Under the pieces are notes generated by a model. The model worked only from the letters and a program-made list of their open reading frames with translations, was not told the origin of the DNA and did not search any database. Made by a program: the position numbers and the translations under genes. A DNA stretch of 64,000 nt from an uncultured Verrucomicrobia subdivision 3 bacterium (GTDB lineage: Bacteria; Verrucomicrobiota; Verrucomicrobiia; Limisphaerales; UBA11358): positions 1,584-65,583 of the forward strand of contig CAIRJF010000032.1 of assembly GCA_903878805.1 (NCBI GenBank). The letters are read 5' to 3'. This document shows positions 47,871-55,645 of the stretch, in pieces; the first letter of the stretch is position 1, and every line of letters begins with the position of its first letter.

Positions 47871-48348
47871 CTTTGACGTTGTCCAAAAGTTTTTGGTAAG
47901 GCCCGCTCTGAAATCCAAACAGCGCCGTGGATGTTTCAAACACCGCCTGTCCCGGATCACACACGGCATAGGCTTTGCAGCTCAACAGATACGCGTCGGA
48001 GCCGCGCGGTTCGATGCCCAGTCGCACGCGGATCAGCACCTGCTCACCCTCATGCGCGCCCGCAAAGCCGGCGTATTCGATTTGCTCGCGCCGCGTCGCC
48101 TCGCGTTGAAATGCCAATTCGCCAGCGGGCACGGGGAATGACTCATAACCGTTTTGCAGAAATACCGTGACGGCGGCGGCGCGGATTTTTTCAATGCTCT
48201 GGCCGGAGATAATCACCGAAGCAAAACCTGCCGACTCCGGCTTGTTCAATGAACTGCAGCCAGCGGCAATCATGGCGGCAAAGATCAAGAGCTTGCCCGC
48301 CCAGCCGTTCATGATGCGTCGGATAAAAATTGCAGAGCCTGAGTTCAT
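47851..48348 (-). CDS. Putative lipoprotein, unknown function
   Basis: ..GKLLIFAAMIAAGCSS lipobox. Start uncertain (ATG 48348 or 48312). No family recognised. Confidence 0.5.
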   Translation of the reverse strand: MNSGSAIFIRRIMNGWAGKLLIFAAMIAAGCSSLNKPESAGFASVIISGQSIEKIRAAAVTVFLQNGYESFPVPAGELAFQREATRREQIEYAGFAGAHEGEQVLIRVRLGIEPRGSDAYLLSCKAYAVCDPGQAVFETSTALFGFQSGPYQKLLDNVKGTAQQP

Positions 48349-48481
48349 ATTTTTGATTTTTATATTAGCGGTTTCAGATTGCCTCGCGAAAATACGGAAC
48401 AACCCTCAAAACCGCCAGCGCAAATCTTTCATGGATGGAATTTTTCTTTTGGCCATCTGCGCGATGAACTAGCTTTCCCAC

Positions 48482-49828
48482 GTGTCAAACGTAACGCCGC
48501 GCATTCTCATCGTGGACGACGATCCCGGCCAGCGAAGTCTGCTGGACTCGTTCCTGCGCGGTCAGGGTTTTGAAACCGTCCTCGCCGATTCCGGCGAACG
48601 CGCGCTCGAACTGCTTCCGTCCGGAAAATTTTCCATGATGATTTCTGACGTGCGAATGCCGGGACTCACCGGCTTGGAAACGTTGCAGCGCGCGCGCAAA
48701 ATTTTCCCGACGCTGCCGGTTTTGCTCGTCACCGCTTACGCCGACATCCGCGACGCCGTGGAAGCGATGCGCGATGGCGCGCTGAATTATCTCGCCAAGC
48801 CGATTGATTTGGACGAACTGCTCGCGACCGTGCGACTGGCTACAGGCATTGCCAAAACTGAACCGCTGAAACTTGGCGCGGAGAAAAAATTGCCGCCAAA
48901 TGTCATCGCGCAAAGTCCTTTGACCACCGCGTTATTTCAAGACATCGCGCTCATCGCGCCGTCGGAAACGCGCGTGCTCATCACCGGCGAAAGCGGCACG
49001 GGCAAGGAAGTTGTTGCCGACACGATTCACGCGTGGAGCGCGCGCGCGAACGGCAAACTCATCAAAATAAATTGCGCCGCGATTCCCGAAAATCTTTTGG
49101 AGAGCGAATTGTTCGGCCACGAAAAAGGTTCGTTCACCGGCGCGAGCGCGATGCGCATCGGTCGATTTGAAGAAGCTGACGGCGGCACGATTTTTCTGGA
49201 TGAAATCACCGAGATGTCGCCGGGCTTGCAGGCGAAACTGCTACGCGTGACGCAGGACGGAAAATTCCAGCGCATCGGTTCCAACCGCGAAATCCGCACC
49301 AACGCGCGCATTCTCGCCGCGAGCAACCGCGACCTCGAAGCCGAGGTGAAGGCCGGACGTTTCCGCGAAGATTTGTTTTACCGTCTGAACGTGGTGGAAC
49401 TGAATCTTCCACCGTTGCGCGAACGGCGCGAGGATATTTTGCCGCTGGCGAATTTGTTCACCGCCGAGTTTGCCCGCAACCGTGCGCGGCTCGCGGAGGC
49501 GACGGTGAACTGTCTGCAAAATTATCCGTGGCCGGGCAATGTGCGCGAACTCCGCAACGCCATCGAGCGCGCGGTGCTGCTCTCGCAAAGTGAATTGATT
49601 TTGCCCGAACATCTGCCAGCCAAGTTGCGCGAGACTGTGAAATCCGCCGCGCCGCAACCGGCGGTGGACGCGCAGACGATGGATGAAATCGAGCGCCACG
49701 CGATTCTGGCCGCGCTGAAGCAGCACAAGTCCAACCGCACGGAAACCGCGAAGGCATTGGGCATCAGCCGCCGCGCGCTGCTCTACAAATTGCAGCGATT
49801 GCGCCAACAGGGTTTTGAGTTCGAGTGA
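48482..49828 (+). CDS. Sigma-54-dependent response regulator (NtrC family)
   Basis: Receiver domain (ILIVDDD..MISDVRMPG), AAA+ domain (GESGTGKE, GAFTGA-like GSFTGA, ESELFGHEKG), C-terminal Fis-type HTH (NRTETAKALGISRRALLYKL). GTG start. No kinase gene adjacent. Confidence 0.9.
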   Translation: MSNVTPRILIVDDDPGQRSLLDSFLRGQGFETVLADSGERALELLPSGKFSMMISDVRMPGLTGLETLQRARKIFPTLPVLLVTAYADIRDAVEAMRDGALNYLAKPIDLDELLATVRLATGIAKTEPLKLGAEKKLPPNVIAQSPLTTALFQDIALIAPSETRVLITGESGTGKEVVADTIHAWSARANGKLIKINCAAIPENLLESELFGHEKGSFTGASAMRIGRFEEADGGTIFLDEITEMSPGLQAKLLRVTQDGKFQRIGSNREIRTNARILAASNRDLEAEVKAGRFREDLFYRLNVVELNLPPLRERREDILPLANLFTAEFARNRARLAEATVNCLQNYPWPGNVRELRNAIERAVLLSQSELILPEHLPAKLRETVKSAAPQPAVDAQTMDEIERHAILAALKQHKSNRTETAKALGISRRALLYKLQRLRQQGFEFE

Positions 49829-49839
49829 ATAGCGTGTCC

Positions 49840-50109
49840 ATGTCATCTCATAGCACATCATTGATTGTGATTTCAATCGGTGTAAGCACCATTTTGATTG
49901 GCGTGATTTGTTATTGTTTGTGGCGTGGCTTGAAGAGTGGCGTTGTAATTTTGGCGTCCACATGGAGAGGTCAGGTTGCCAAGATTAGTCGGGACGATAA
50001 TCCGTCCGCCTATTGGGTGGTGTTTTCGCTTTACCTGCTTTTGATTCCGGTGATTTTGTGGCTAATGATTCACCGAGTTCACAGTTTGTTACATGGAACG
50101 TCCGCCTAA
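49840..50109 (+). CDS. Small two-TM membrane protein, unknown function
   Basis: MSSHSTSLIVISIGVSTILIGVICYCLW...YWVVFSLYLLLIPVILWLMI. Visibly lower G+C than its neighbours. A GTG at 49825 overlapping the regulator stop is an alternative start. Confidence 0.4.
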   Translation: MSSHSTSLIVISIGVSTILIGVICYCLWRGLKSGVVILASTWRGQVAKISRDDNPSAYWVVFSLYLLLIPVILWLMIHRVHSLLHGTSA

Positions 50110-50157
50110 TACGAGGATGGGCTGCAAAATTTCTTAAACGATTCCAGTTCTTTCGCT

Positions 50158-50652
50158 TTAACTTTTCAACAGCTCGCCCAAGTCCAGTTGCCGCGTGAAC
50201 ATCGTGAGTTCGCCATTTGGCGTGCGCGGCCATTCGGCTTCCGGTCGGTCGCGGTAAAGTTCCACGCCGTTGCCGTCCGGGTCGCGCAGGTAAATCGCTT
50301 CGCTCACGCCGTGGTCGGCGGCGCCGTCGAGTTCCACTCCGGCGGCGAGCACGCGGCGCACGGCATCGGCCAGCAACGCGCGCGTCGGATACAAAATGGC
50401 GACGTGATACAGTCCGGTGCTGCGCGGCGGCGGCGGCGAACCGCCCGCGCTCTCCCAAGTGTTCAAGCCGATGTGATGATGATAACCGCCCGCCGAAATG
50501 AACGCGGCCTGCGTGCCAAATTTTTGCTGCAATTCAAAACCCAAAACGCCGCAGTAAAATTTCAGCGCGCGTTCAAGGTCGGCGACTTTCAGGTGAACGT
50601 GGCCGATGCGGACGCCGGTATCAATCGGTTTGGAAAGCGGATTTTCTTTCAT
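50158..50652 (-). CDS. VOC-family (glyoxalase/extradiol dioxygenase-like) protein
   Basis: IGHVHLKVADLERALKFYCGVLGFEL..., HHIGLNTW, HVAILY, ..EAIYLRDPDGNGVELY. Confidence 0.8.
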   Translation of the reverse strand: MKENPLSKPIDTGVRIGHVHLKVADLERALKFYCGVLGFELQQKFGTQAAFISAGGYHHHIGLNTWESAGGSPPPPRSTGLYHVAILYPTRALLADAVRRVLAAGVELDGAADHGVSEAIYLRDPDGNGVELYRDRPEAEWPRTPNGELTMFTRQLDLGELLKS

Positions 50653-50677
50653 GGCGGAAGACTAATTCAAAATTCAC

Positions 50678-50783
50678 CGGAGCGCGATTGTGTCTGAAAG
50701 ACCAGTCGCAGCACTCACCATAAAACCAGCGATTTGTAAAACGACCACACGCTGCGGCTGGTCTCCGACACAGCCGCGCTCCG
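50678..50783. repeat. Long imperfect inverted repeat (35-nt arms, 38-nt loop) immediately after the helicase stop
   Basis: 50678-50712 cggagcgcgattgtgtctgaaagaccagtcgcagc pairs with 50751-50783 gctgcggctggtctccgacacagccgcgctccg. 29 complementary positions, 4 mismatches, one 2-nt bulge (hand count). Confidence 0.7.
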
Positions 50784-50784
50784 C

Positions 50785-52248
50785 TTAACGTGCGCCGAAG
50801 CGACGGCGAAAACCTCCGGAGCGCGGCGCGGTGCTAGGAAAATGACGTTCGTTGCCGCCTTCGCGGTTGCCATTCACTTCACGCTGGGGCGGACGCGGAG
50901 CGCCACTCGACTGTGGTCGGCCACCTTGCGGACGTGAACCAAATTGCGGACGACCGCTTTGCGGAGGGCGTGGTCCGGCGGATGGACGTGAGAAATTTTG
51001 CGGGCCGCGTGGTTCGCGTTGGTCATTGCGCGGCGGACGTTGGCCGCGTTGCTGTTGATGACGCGGCTGACGGCGTTCTTCTTCCGCCGGATTGTAGGGC
51101 GGCGCGGCGGAGGTGTAATTGAAGCCTTCCGCTTTTTTGCGCACGAGGCCGCGACCGATGAAACGTTCGAGCGCGCGAAGTTCGCCGTGATCTTCGTTGG
51201 TCACGAAACTGATGGCGTCGCCGATTTGATTCGCACGACCGGTGCGGCCGATGCGATGGATGTAATCCTCGACGTGCATTGGAAAATCATAATTCACGAC
51301 GTGCGAAATGCCGTCCACGTCAATGCCCCGCGCTGCGATGTCCGTGGCGACGAGCACGCGAACGGTGCCGGCCTTGAAATCTTGCAACGCGCGCAAACGT
51401 TGATTCTGCGAGCGATTCGAATGGAGCGTCGCGGTGCGGATGCCGGCTTGTTCCAACTGGCGCGCGAGCCGGTCGGCGGCGTGCTTCATGCGCGAAAAAA
51501 TCAGCACCATGTCCATGGCCGGTTCTTTCATCAAATGAACGAGCAGCGCCGTCTTGAGATGTTTCGGCACTTCGTAAACAAATTGTGTAACGGTCTCGGC
51601 AGGATTGGCGCGGCGACCGATCTGGACAATTTTCGGTGCGTGTTGAAATTCGTGCGTGAGCGCTTCGATCTCTTTCGAGAGCGTGGCGGAGAACATCAGC
51701 GTCTGACGCTGCTTCGGCAACTGGCGGACAATCTGGCGGATGGACGGGAGAAAACCCATGTCGAGCATACGGTCGGCTTCATCGAGCACGAGAAATTGCA
51801 GGCCGGAAAAATCGCCGTTGCGACGACCGAGTAAATCAAGCAAACGTCCGGGACACGCAACCACAATGTCAGTTGCGGAACGCAACGCGCGGATTTGCGG
51901 CTGTTCGCCGACGCCGCCGAACACGGTAGCGATGGTGAGCGGCAGATGTTTGGCGTAGGCGCGGATGTTTTCCTCGATCTGCACGACGAGTTCGCGGGTC
52001 GGCGCGAGAATCAGCACGCGTGTGCGGCGATTCGGACCGGCGGCGGCTTGGGCGGCGGCGAGTTTCGTGAGCATCGGCAGCGTGAACGCAGCGGTCTTGC
52101 CCGTGCCGGTTTGCGCGATGCCGATGAGGTCGTGTCCCGCGATGATGGGCGGAATGGCGGCGGACTGGATGGGCGTCGGCTCGGTGTAACCGGCTTCGGT
52201 GACGGCCTGCAAAATCTTGGGATTCAGGCCGAGGACTTGGAATGACAT
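50785..52248 (-). CDS. DEAD-box ATP-dependent RNA helicase (RhlE/CsdA-like) with Arg/Gly/Pro-rich tail
   Basis: Q-motif region, AQTGTGKT, PTRELV, DEAD (VLDEADRM), SAT, ARGID, HRIGRTGR. The C-terminal about 100 aa are RGG/PQ-rich. Confidence 0.95.
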   Translation of the reverse strand: MSFQVLGLNPKILQAVTEAGYTEPTPIQSAAIPPIIAGHDLIGIAQTGTGKTAAFTLPMLTKLAAAQAAAGPNRRTRVLILAPTRELVVQIEENIRAYAKHLPLTIATVFGGVGEQPQIRALRSATDIVVACPGRLLDLLGRRNGDFSGLQFLVLDEADRMLDMGFLPSIRQIVRQLPKQRQTLMFSATLSKEIEALTHEFQHAPKIVQIGRRANPAETVTQFVYEVPKHLKTALLVHLMKEPAMDMVLIFSRMKHAADRLARQLEQAGIRTATLHSNRSQNQRLRALQDFKAGTVRVLVATDIAARGIDVDGISHVVNYDFPMHVEDYIHRIGRTGRANQIGDAISFVTNEDHGELRALERFIGRGLVRKKAEGFNYTSAAPPYNPAEEERRQPRHQQQRGQRPPRNDQREPRGPQNFSRPSAGPRPPQSGRPQFGSRPQGGRPQSSGAPRPPQREVNGNREGGNERHFPSTAPRSGGFRRRFGAR

Positions 52249-52320
52249 AACGGAAAAAGTGTAAGGATGGCGGGCGAATTGCGCACGCTCGAATATGAAA
52301 CGGAACGGAAGGACGAAAAA

Positions 52321-52548
52321 TTATTTGAGCCGCCAGGTGATGCGCGCCTTGTTGAGGTCGTAGGGCGACATTTCCATTTTGACGCGGTCGCCGACGGTCA
52401 GGCGCACCCAGCGTTTACGCATTTTGCCGCAGATGGTGGCGAGGACGACGTGCTTGTTGTCGAGTTCGACACGGAACATGGTTCCGGGCAGAACGGTTTG
52501 AACCCGACCTTCGACTTCGATGTGTTCTTCTTTGACTGGTGCTCTCAT
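52321..52548 (-). CDS. infA: Translation initiation factor IF-1
   Basis: [64 protein letters not shown]. Confidence 0.95.
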   Translation of the reverse strand: MRAPVKEEHIEVEGRVQTVLPGTMFRVELDNKHVVLATICGKMRKRWVRLTVGDRVKMEMSPYDLNKARITWRLK

Positions 52549-52560
52549 GCAGACGGACGA

Positions 52561-52603
52561 TATAAAATAAAAAGGGCGGGGTTCGGTTCACCCGAACCCC
52601 GCC
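52561..52603 (-). terminator. Intrinsic terminator of the RRM gene
   Basis: ggcggggttcgg ttcac ccgaaccccgcc, a perfect 12-bp stem. The minus-strand downstream sequence is T-rich (ctttttatttta). Confidence 0.85.
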
Positions 52604-52623
52604 ATGAAAAATCCTAAAATGGA

Positions 52624-52953
52624 TTAGTAACGTTCGCGACGGCCAGCGCCTCCGCCACCGCCGAATTCGCGACGGCCACCACCACCGCCGCCGGGAGCGC
52701 GTTCTTCACGCGGACGGGCGACGTTGACGGTGAGGGCGCGTCCATCCAACTGCGCGCCGTTGAGGGCCGCGATGGCTTTCTGCGCTTCTTCCGCCGTGCT
52801 CATGGTCACGAAACCGAAACCGCGGGGGCGGTTGGTCATGCGATCCATCATCAGGTTGGTTTCCGTGACCGTGCCGTGCGCTGCAAAAGCGTCGTTCAGG
52901 TCGTTTTCGGTGGTATTGAAGGAAAGATTTCCCACGAATAATTTGTTGCTCAT
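52624..52953 (-). CDS. RRM-type RNA-binding protein with Gly/Arg-rich tail
   Basis: KLFVGNLSF (RNP-2), RGFGFVTM (RNP-1), C-terminal [18 protein letters not shown]. Confidence 0.9.
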   Translation of the reverse strand: MSNKLFVGNLSFNTTENDLNDAFAAHGTVTETNLMMDRMTNRPRGFGFVTMSTAEEAQKAIAALNGAQLDGRALTVNVARPREERAPGGGGGGRREFGGGGGAGRRERY

Positions 52954-53178
52954 TGATGTTTTACTGTCCGACTAACACTGCACTCACCAGACTGTTTCCG
53001 TTTATCGGATTTCAAATCATCACTGAAACTGAGTTCACTTGAAGATTTACCATGCCGTGGGACTGACAAGCTATCTAACAGATGTGGTCAACATGGACTC
53101 TTTCCAGCGAAGCGCAAGCATTATATTTCCCAGCAATCCGGCCGGTCCCGCGCCCGACCGCCCGAAAATAATTTGATT

Positions 53179-53277
53179 TCGGTCATTTACAATGGAATCG
53201 ACACGGCACATGATGCCGCTGGCTGCGGAGAAACCAATCATTCCGCACACAGATAAACAACAACTCAAATCAAACAT
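53179..53277 (+). promoter_or_regulatory. Conserved about 100-nt leader, copy 1 (upstream of lysine-rich sORF 1)
   Basis: Begins tcggtcatttacaat (identical in copy 2). Shares the blocks gcacatgatgcc/gcgcacgatgcc, cggagaaac and cat.ccgca. 99 nt from the leader start to the ATG. Confidence 0.6.
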
Positions 53278-53361
53278 ATGGCGAAAAAAGCTGTTAAATC
53301 CAAAGCGTCCAAACCCGCTCCGAAAAAAGCTGCTGCCAAAAAAGTCGCGAAAAAGAAGTAA
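53278..53361 (+). CDS. Tiny lysine/alanine-rich basic protein (27 aa), histone-H1-tail-like composition
   Basis: MAKKAVKSKASKPAPKKAAAKKVAKKK. Not in the ORF track (below its size cut-off). Supported by a paralogous module at 54458-54730. No obvious Shine-Dalgarno. Confidence 0.45.
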   Translation: MAKKAVKSKASKPAPKKAAAKKVAKKK

Positions 53362-53373
53362 GGTTGCCGGTTA

Positions 53374-53402
53374 TTGTCTCTCCTGAAAATCAGGAGAGAC
53401 AA
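53374..53402 (+). terminator. 13-bp perfect hairpin after sORF 1
   Basis: ttgtctctcctga aaa tcaggagagacaa, preceded by ggttgcc. No T-run. Confidence 0.5.
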
Positions 53403-53469
53403 ACAACCACTCCATCCCGCTGCGCCTAGCGCCAAGCGGGATTCTTTTTCGGCAGCCACCATCACCGCC

Positions 53470-53706
53470 ATGAGACTTTCACAAGCCCAAGTCTGGAAAA
53501 AAGACGGACAGTTCATCCGCATCGTCCGCCTCGAACGTTTGGAAGTGGAATACAAATCCCATCCCAGTCTCACCAGCAAAGCCGGCACGAAGGTAGTTAC
53601 GAGCAAAAAAGATTTCTGCCGTCTGCTCAAAGGCGCGCAACTCTTGACCGCCGGAAAAAAATCGCCGGTCATCAATGAAGCTGACGTGGACGCTATCGCG
53701 CAGTAA
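53470..53706 (+). CDS. Hypothetical 78-aa protein
   Basis: MRLSQAQVWKKDGQFIRIVRLERLEVEYKSHPSLTSKAGTKVV... Ends 9 nt before the J-domain gene. No family recognised. Confidence 0.45.
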   Translation: MRLSQAQVWKKDGQFIRIVRLERLEVEYKSHPSLTSKAGTKVVTSKKDFCRLLKGAQLLTAGKKSPVINEADVDAIAQ

Positions 53707-53715
53707 GTTGTCCGC

Positions 53716-54450
53716 TTGCAACGTCCGGTTCCCAATCACTACGCCACGCTCGGCCTCGACCGCCGCTGCACGCTTGCGCAAATCCGCGCCGCCTATCGCG
53801 CACTCGCCAAACAGCTTCATCCCGACGTAAATCCGCATTCGCCCGCCGCCGTCGCGCGCACGCAGGAACTGAATGCCGCCTACGAAACTTTAAGCGATTC
53901 CGATTTGCGCGCCGCCTACGACCGCGAACTCGACGCGCCGAAACAATCCTCCGCTCCCGCGCGCGCGGCAAAAATCCAACGGAACATTTCGCAGGATGTA
54001 AATTTGCCGTTGGAAGATTTTTTACGCGGCACGACGCGCGAAGTCCGCATCCACGATCCGGCCAATCCGAACGGCACGGAAATTTACGAACTCATCATGC
54101 CGCCGGAAACTGCGCCGGGCACGCGCTTCAAGATCGCGCGTAACCAAACTTTTGGCGGCTTCGTGCAATTGCGCGTGAAGGCGCAACCGAACTTCCGTTT
54201 CAAAACGCGCGGTTCCGATTTGCGCTGCGATTTGAAAATCAAAGCCGAGCGCGCGGCGCAAGGCGGCACGGAAATGGTGCGCGGACTGACTGGCTCGATG
54301 GTGCGCGTGCCGATTCCTCGCGGTGTCGGCCGCAGTGAAATCATCCGCATCGCGAACGAAGGTTTGCCAAAAGCGCGCGGTGGTCGCGGCGATTTGCTGG
54401 TGCGCATCACCTATCGCGTCGAAGTCCGGATCGGTCGCAGCTTCAAATAA
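53716..54450 (+). CDS. J-domain protein with DnaJ C-terminal-type domain (CbpA-like, no zinc finger)
   Basis: HYATLGLDRRCTLAQIRAAYRALAKQLHPDVNP (HPD motif). C-terminal beta-domains (..LRCDLKIKAERAAQGGTEMVRGLTGSMVRVPIPRGV..GDLLVRI). TTG start. Confidence 0.8.
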   Translation: MQRPVPNHYATLGLDRRCTLAQIRAAYRALAKQLHPDVNPHSPAAVARTQELNAAYETLSDSDLRAAYDRELDAPKQSSAPARAAKIQRNISQDVNLPLEDFLRGTTREVRIHDPANPNGTEIYELIMPPETAPGTRFKIARNQTFGGFVQLRVKAQPNFRFKTRGSDLRCDLKIKAERAAQGGTEMVRGLTGSMVRVPIPRGVGRSEIIRIANEGLPKARGGRGDLLVRITYRVEVRIGRSFK

Positions 54451-54457
54451 ATTCGCC

Positions 54458-54557
54458 TCGGTCATTTACAATCAGTAAGCCGAAGCGCACGATGCCCTGC
54501 CTTCCGGAGAAACTTCCATGCCGCAGGCTAGTCAACTCGTAGAAAGAAATAAAAGTT
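54458..54557 (+). promoter_or_regulatory. Conserved about 100-nt leader, copy 2 (upstream of lysine-rich sORF 2)
   Basis: tcggtcatttacaat... with the same conserved blocks as copy 1. 100 nt from the leader start to the ATG. Confidence 0.6.
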
Positions 54558-54683
54558 ATGGGCGATAAATCCCCGAAAGCCACGCAGAAAAAGTCCGGTC
54601 AGAAAGACGCCAAAGCCAGCAGCGCCAATCAAAAGAAAAATGCCGCCATCGCCGCGAAATCCGCCGCCGGCAAGAAACGGTAA
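54558..54683 (+). CDS. Tiny lysine/alanine-rich basic protein (41 aa)
   Basis: MGDKSPKATQKKSGQKDAKASSANQKKNAAIAAKSAAGKKR. Not in the ORF track. Same leader and trailing hairpin architecture as sORF 1. Confidence 0.45.
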   Translation: MGDKSPKATQKKSGQKDAKASSANQKKNAAIAAKSAAGKKR

Positions 54684-54696
54684 AACCGGTTGCCAC

Positions 54697-54730
54697 CTGT
54701 CGCTCCCGATTCAAATCTCGGGAGCGACAG
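54697..54730. terminator. 13-bp perfect hairpin after sORF 2, between convergent genes
   Basis: ctgtcgctcccga ttcaaatc tcgggagcgacag, followed by ttcttc. Preceded by ggttgcc as in copy 1. Confidence 0.55.
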
Positions 54731-54748
54731 TTCTTCGGACCCAAGATT

Positions 54749-55444
54749 TTAAATTCCCACGGTATCAATCTGTTCGTAGGCGGCGCGTAGCCAGAGTTTG
54801 ACGCGCTGGCGTTCGAGCAGACCAAGCCCCTTCACGTCCGTGACGCTGCGGTTTTTGGCCGCCCAGAAGCTTGTGCTACCAGCATCAATCTTGTTGATGA
54901 CCGGTTCATGCAGGCGCTTGAGCGTAATAATCTGGGCGTTGAATTCCTTGGCGTGTTCGCGTTCGCCGGAATTATAAAAAATGTCGAAGGTTTCGCCGCG
55001 AAGCTGGTTCAAAACGAGAATGTAATTCAGCCGCGCACCAAAACGGTCGAGTAATTTTTTGAGCAGATCAACCGAGTCCTTGCCGTTGTCCAAGACGTGC
55101 CAGTAATGAAAGGATACGCCGAGTTCCTCGGCCGTTTCGAGCACGCCGGAATCATCCATCCATTTCACGAGCGGATCGTGCGTCTGCGCGGCGAGGTCCA
55201 CCAGCAAGCGCTTGTCCGGATTTTCCGCCGCCGCCTCAACAATCATGTCGAGGCTTTCGTAATTATCCACGACCACGGGCGAGGCGAAGTCGGAATAAAA
55301 CCGCATCAGCGATCCGTGCGAACGATCCGTGTCGAAGCCGATGAAGGGAATGTTTTTATCAATTAGGTATTGCGCCACGACACGGGCCACCACGGATTTA
55401 CCCACGCCGCCTTTTTCGCCGCCAATCAAATGTATTTTGTTCAT
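54749..55444 (-). CDS. ParA/MinD-superfamily P-loop NTPase, TraL-like
   Basis: MNKIHLIGGEKGGVGKSVVARVVAQYLIDKNIPFIGFDTD has the deviant Walker A (KGGVGKS). The N-terminus resembles IncP TraL (MAKIHMVLQGKGGVGKS...) as I recall it. Confidence 0.6.
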   Translation of the reverse strand: MNKIHLIGGEKGGVGKSVVARVVAQYLIDKNIPFIGFDTDRSHGSLMRFYSDFASPVVVDNYESLDMIVEAAAENPDKRLLVDLAAQTHDPLVKWMDDSGVLETAEELGVSFHYWHVLDNGKDSVDLLKKLLDRFGARLNYILVLNQLRGETFDIFYNSGEREHAKEFNAQIITLKRLHEPVINKIDAGSTSFWAAKNRSVTDVKGLGLLERQRVKLWLRAAYEQIDTVGI

Positions 55445-55645
55445 GTCAGTAAATTTTTTGCAGGTGAAGGCGATTTTTCTTGAGCACCATGCCCAGCTTG
55501 TTTGCGCCTCCTAAACTGCGGCGGACATCATACAATCGCGGCGGCGGTTGACACGCAAATAATTTTGGCCGCGTGTAAAAATCCGGTGACGCTGTGCCGG
55601 CGACGTTGGGATTGGACACTTTTACCGCGCCGGTTAAAATCGCGC

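Noticed and set aside
48341-48366. Another copy of the AT-rich tract at the lipoprotein gene start (gagttcatatttttgatttttatatt)
   Set aside because: Only about 17 of 28 positions match the 30-mer in my hand alignment. It is AT-rich and loosely heptamer-periodic, but too divergent to claim homology.
53071-53386. Track ORFs 53071-53277 (minus) and 53192-53386 (plus) in the RRM upstream region
   Set aside because: Both cut across the conserved leader, sORF and hairpin module and have odd compositions. The 27-codon lysine-rich frame, supported by a paralogous module, is a better explanation of the plus-strand signal.
54749-55444. TraL-like ATPase as evidence for an integrated conjugative element
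   Set aside because: No relaxase, T4SS, integrase, oriT-like repeat or flanking tRNA was seen within the window. One gene is not enough to call a mobile element.
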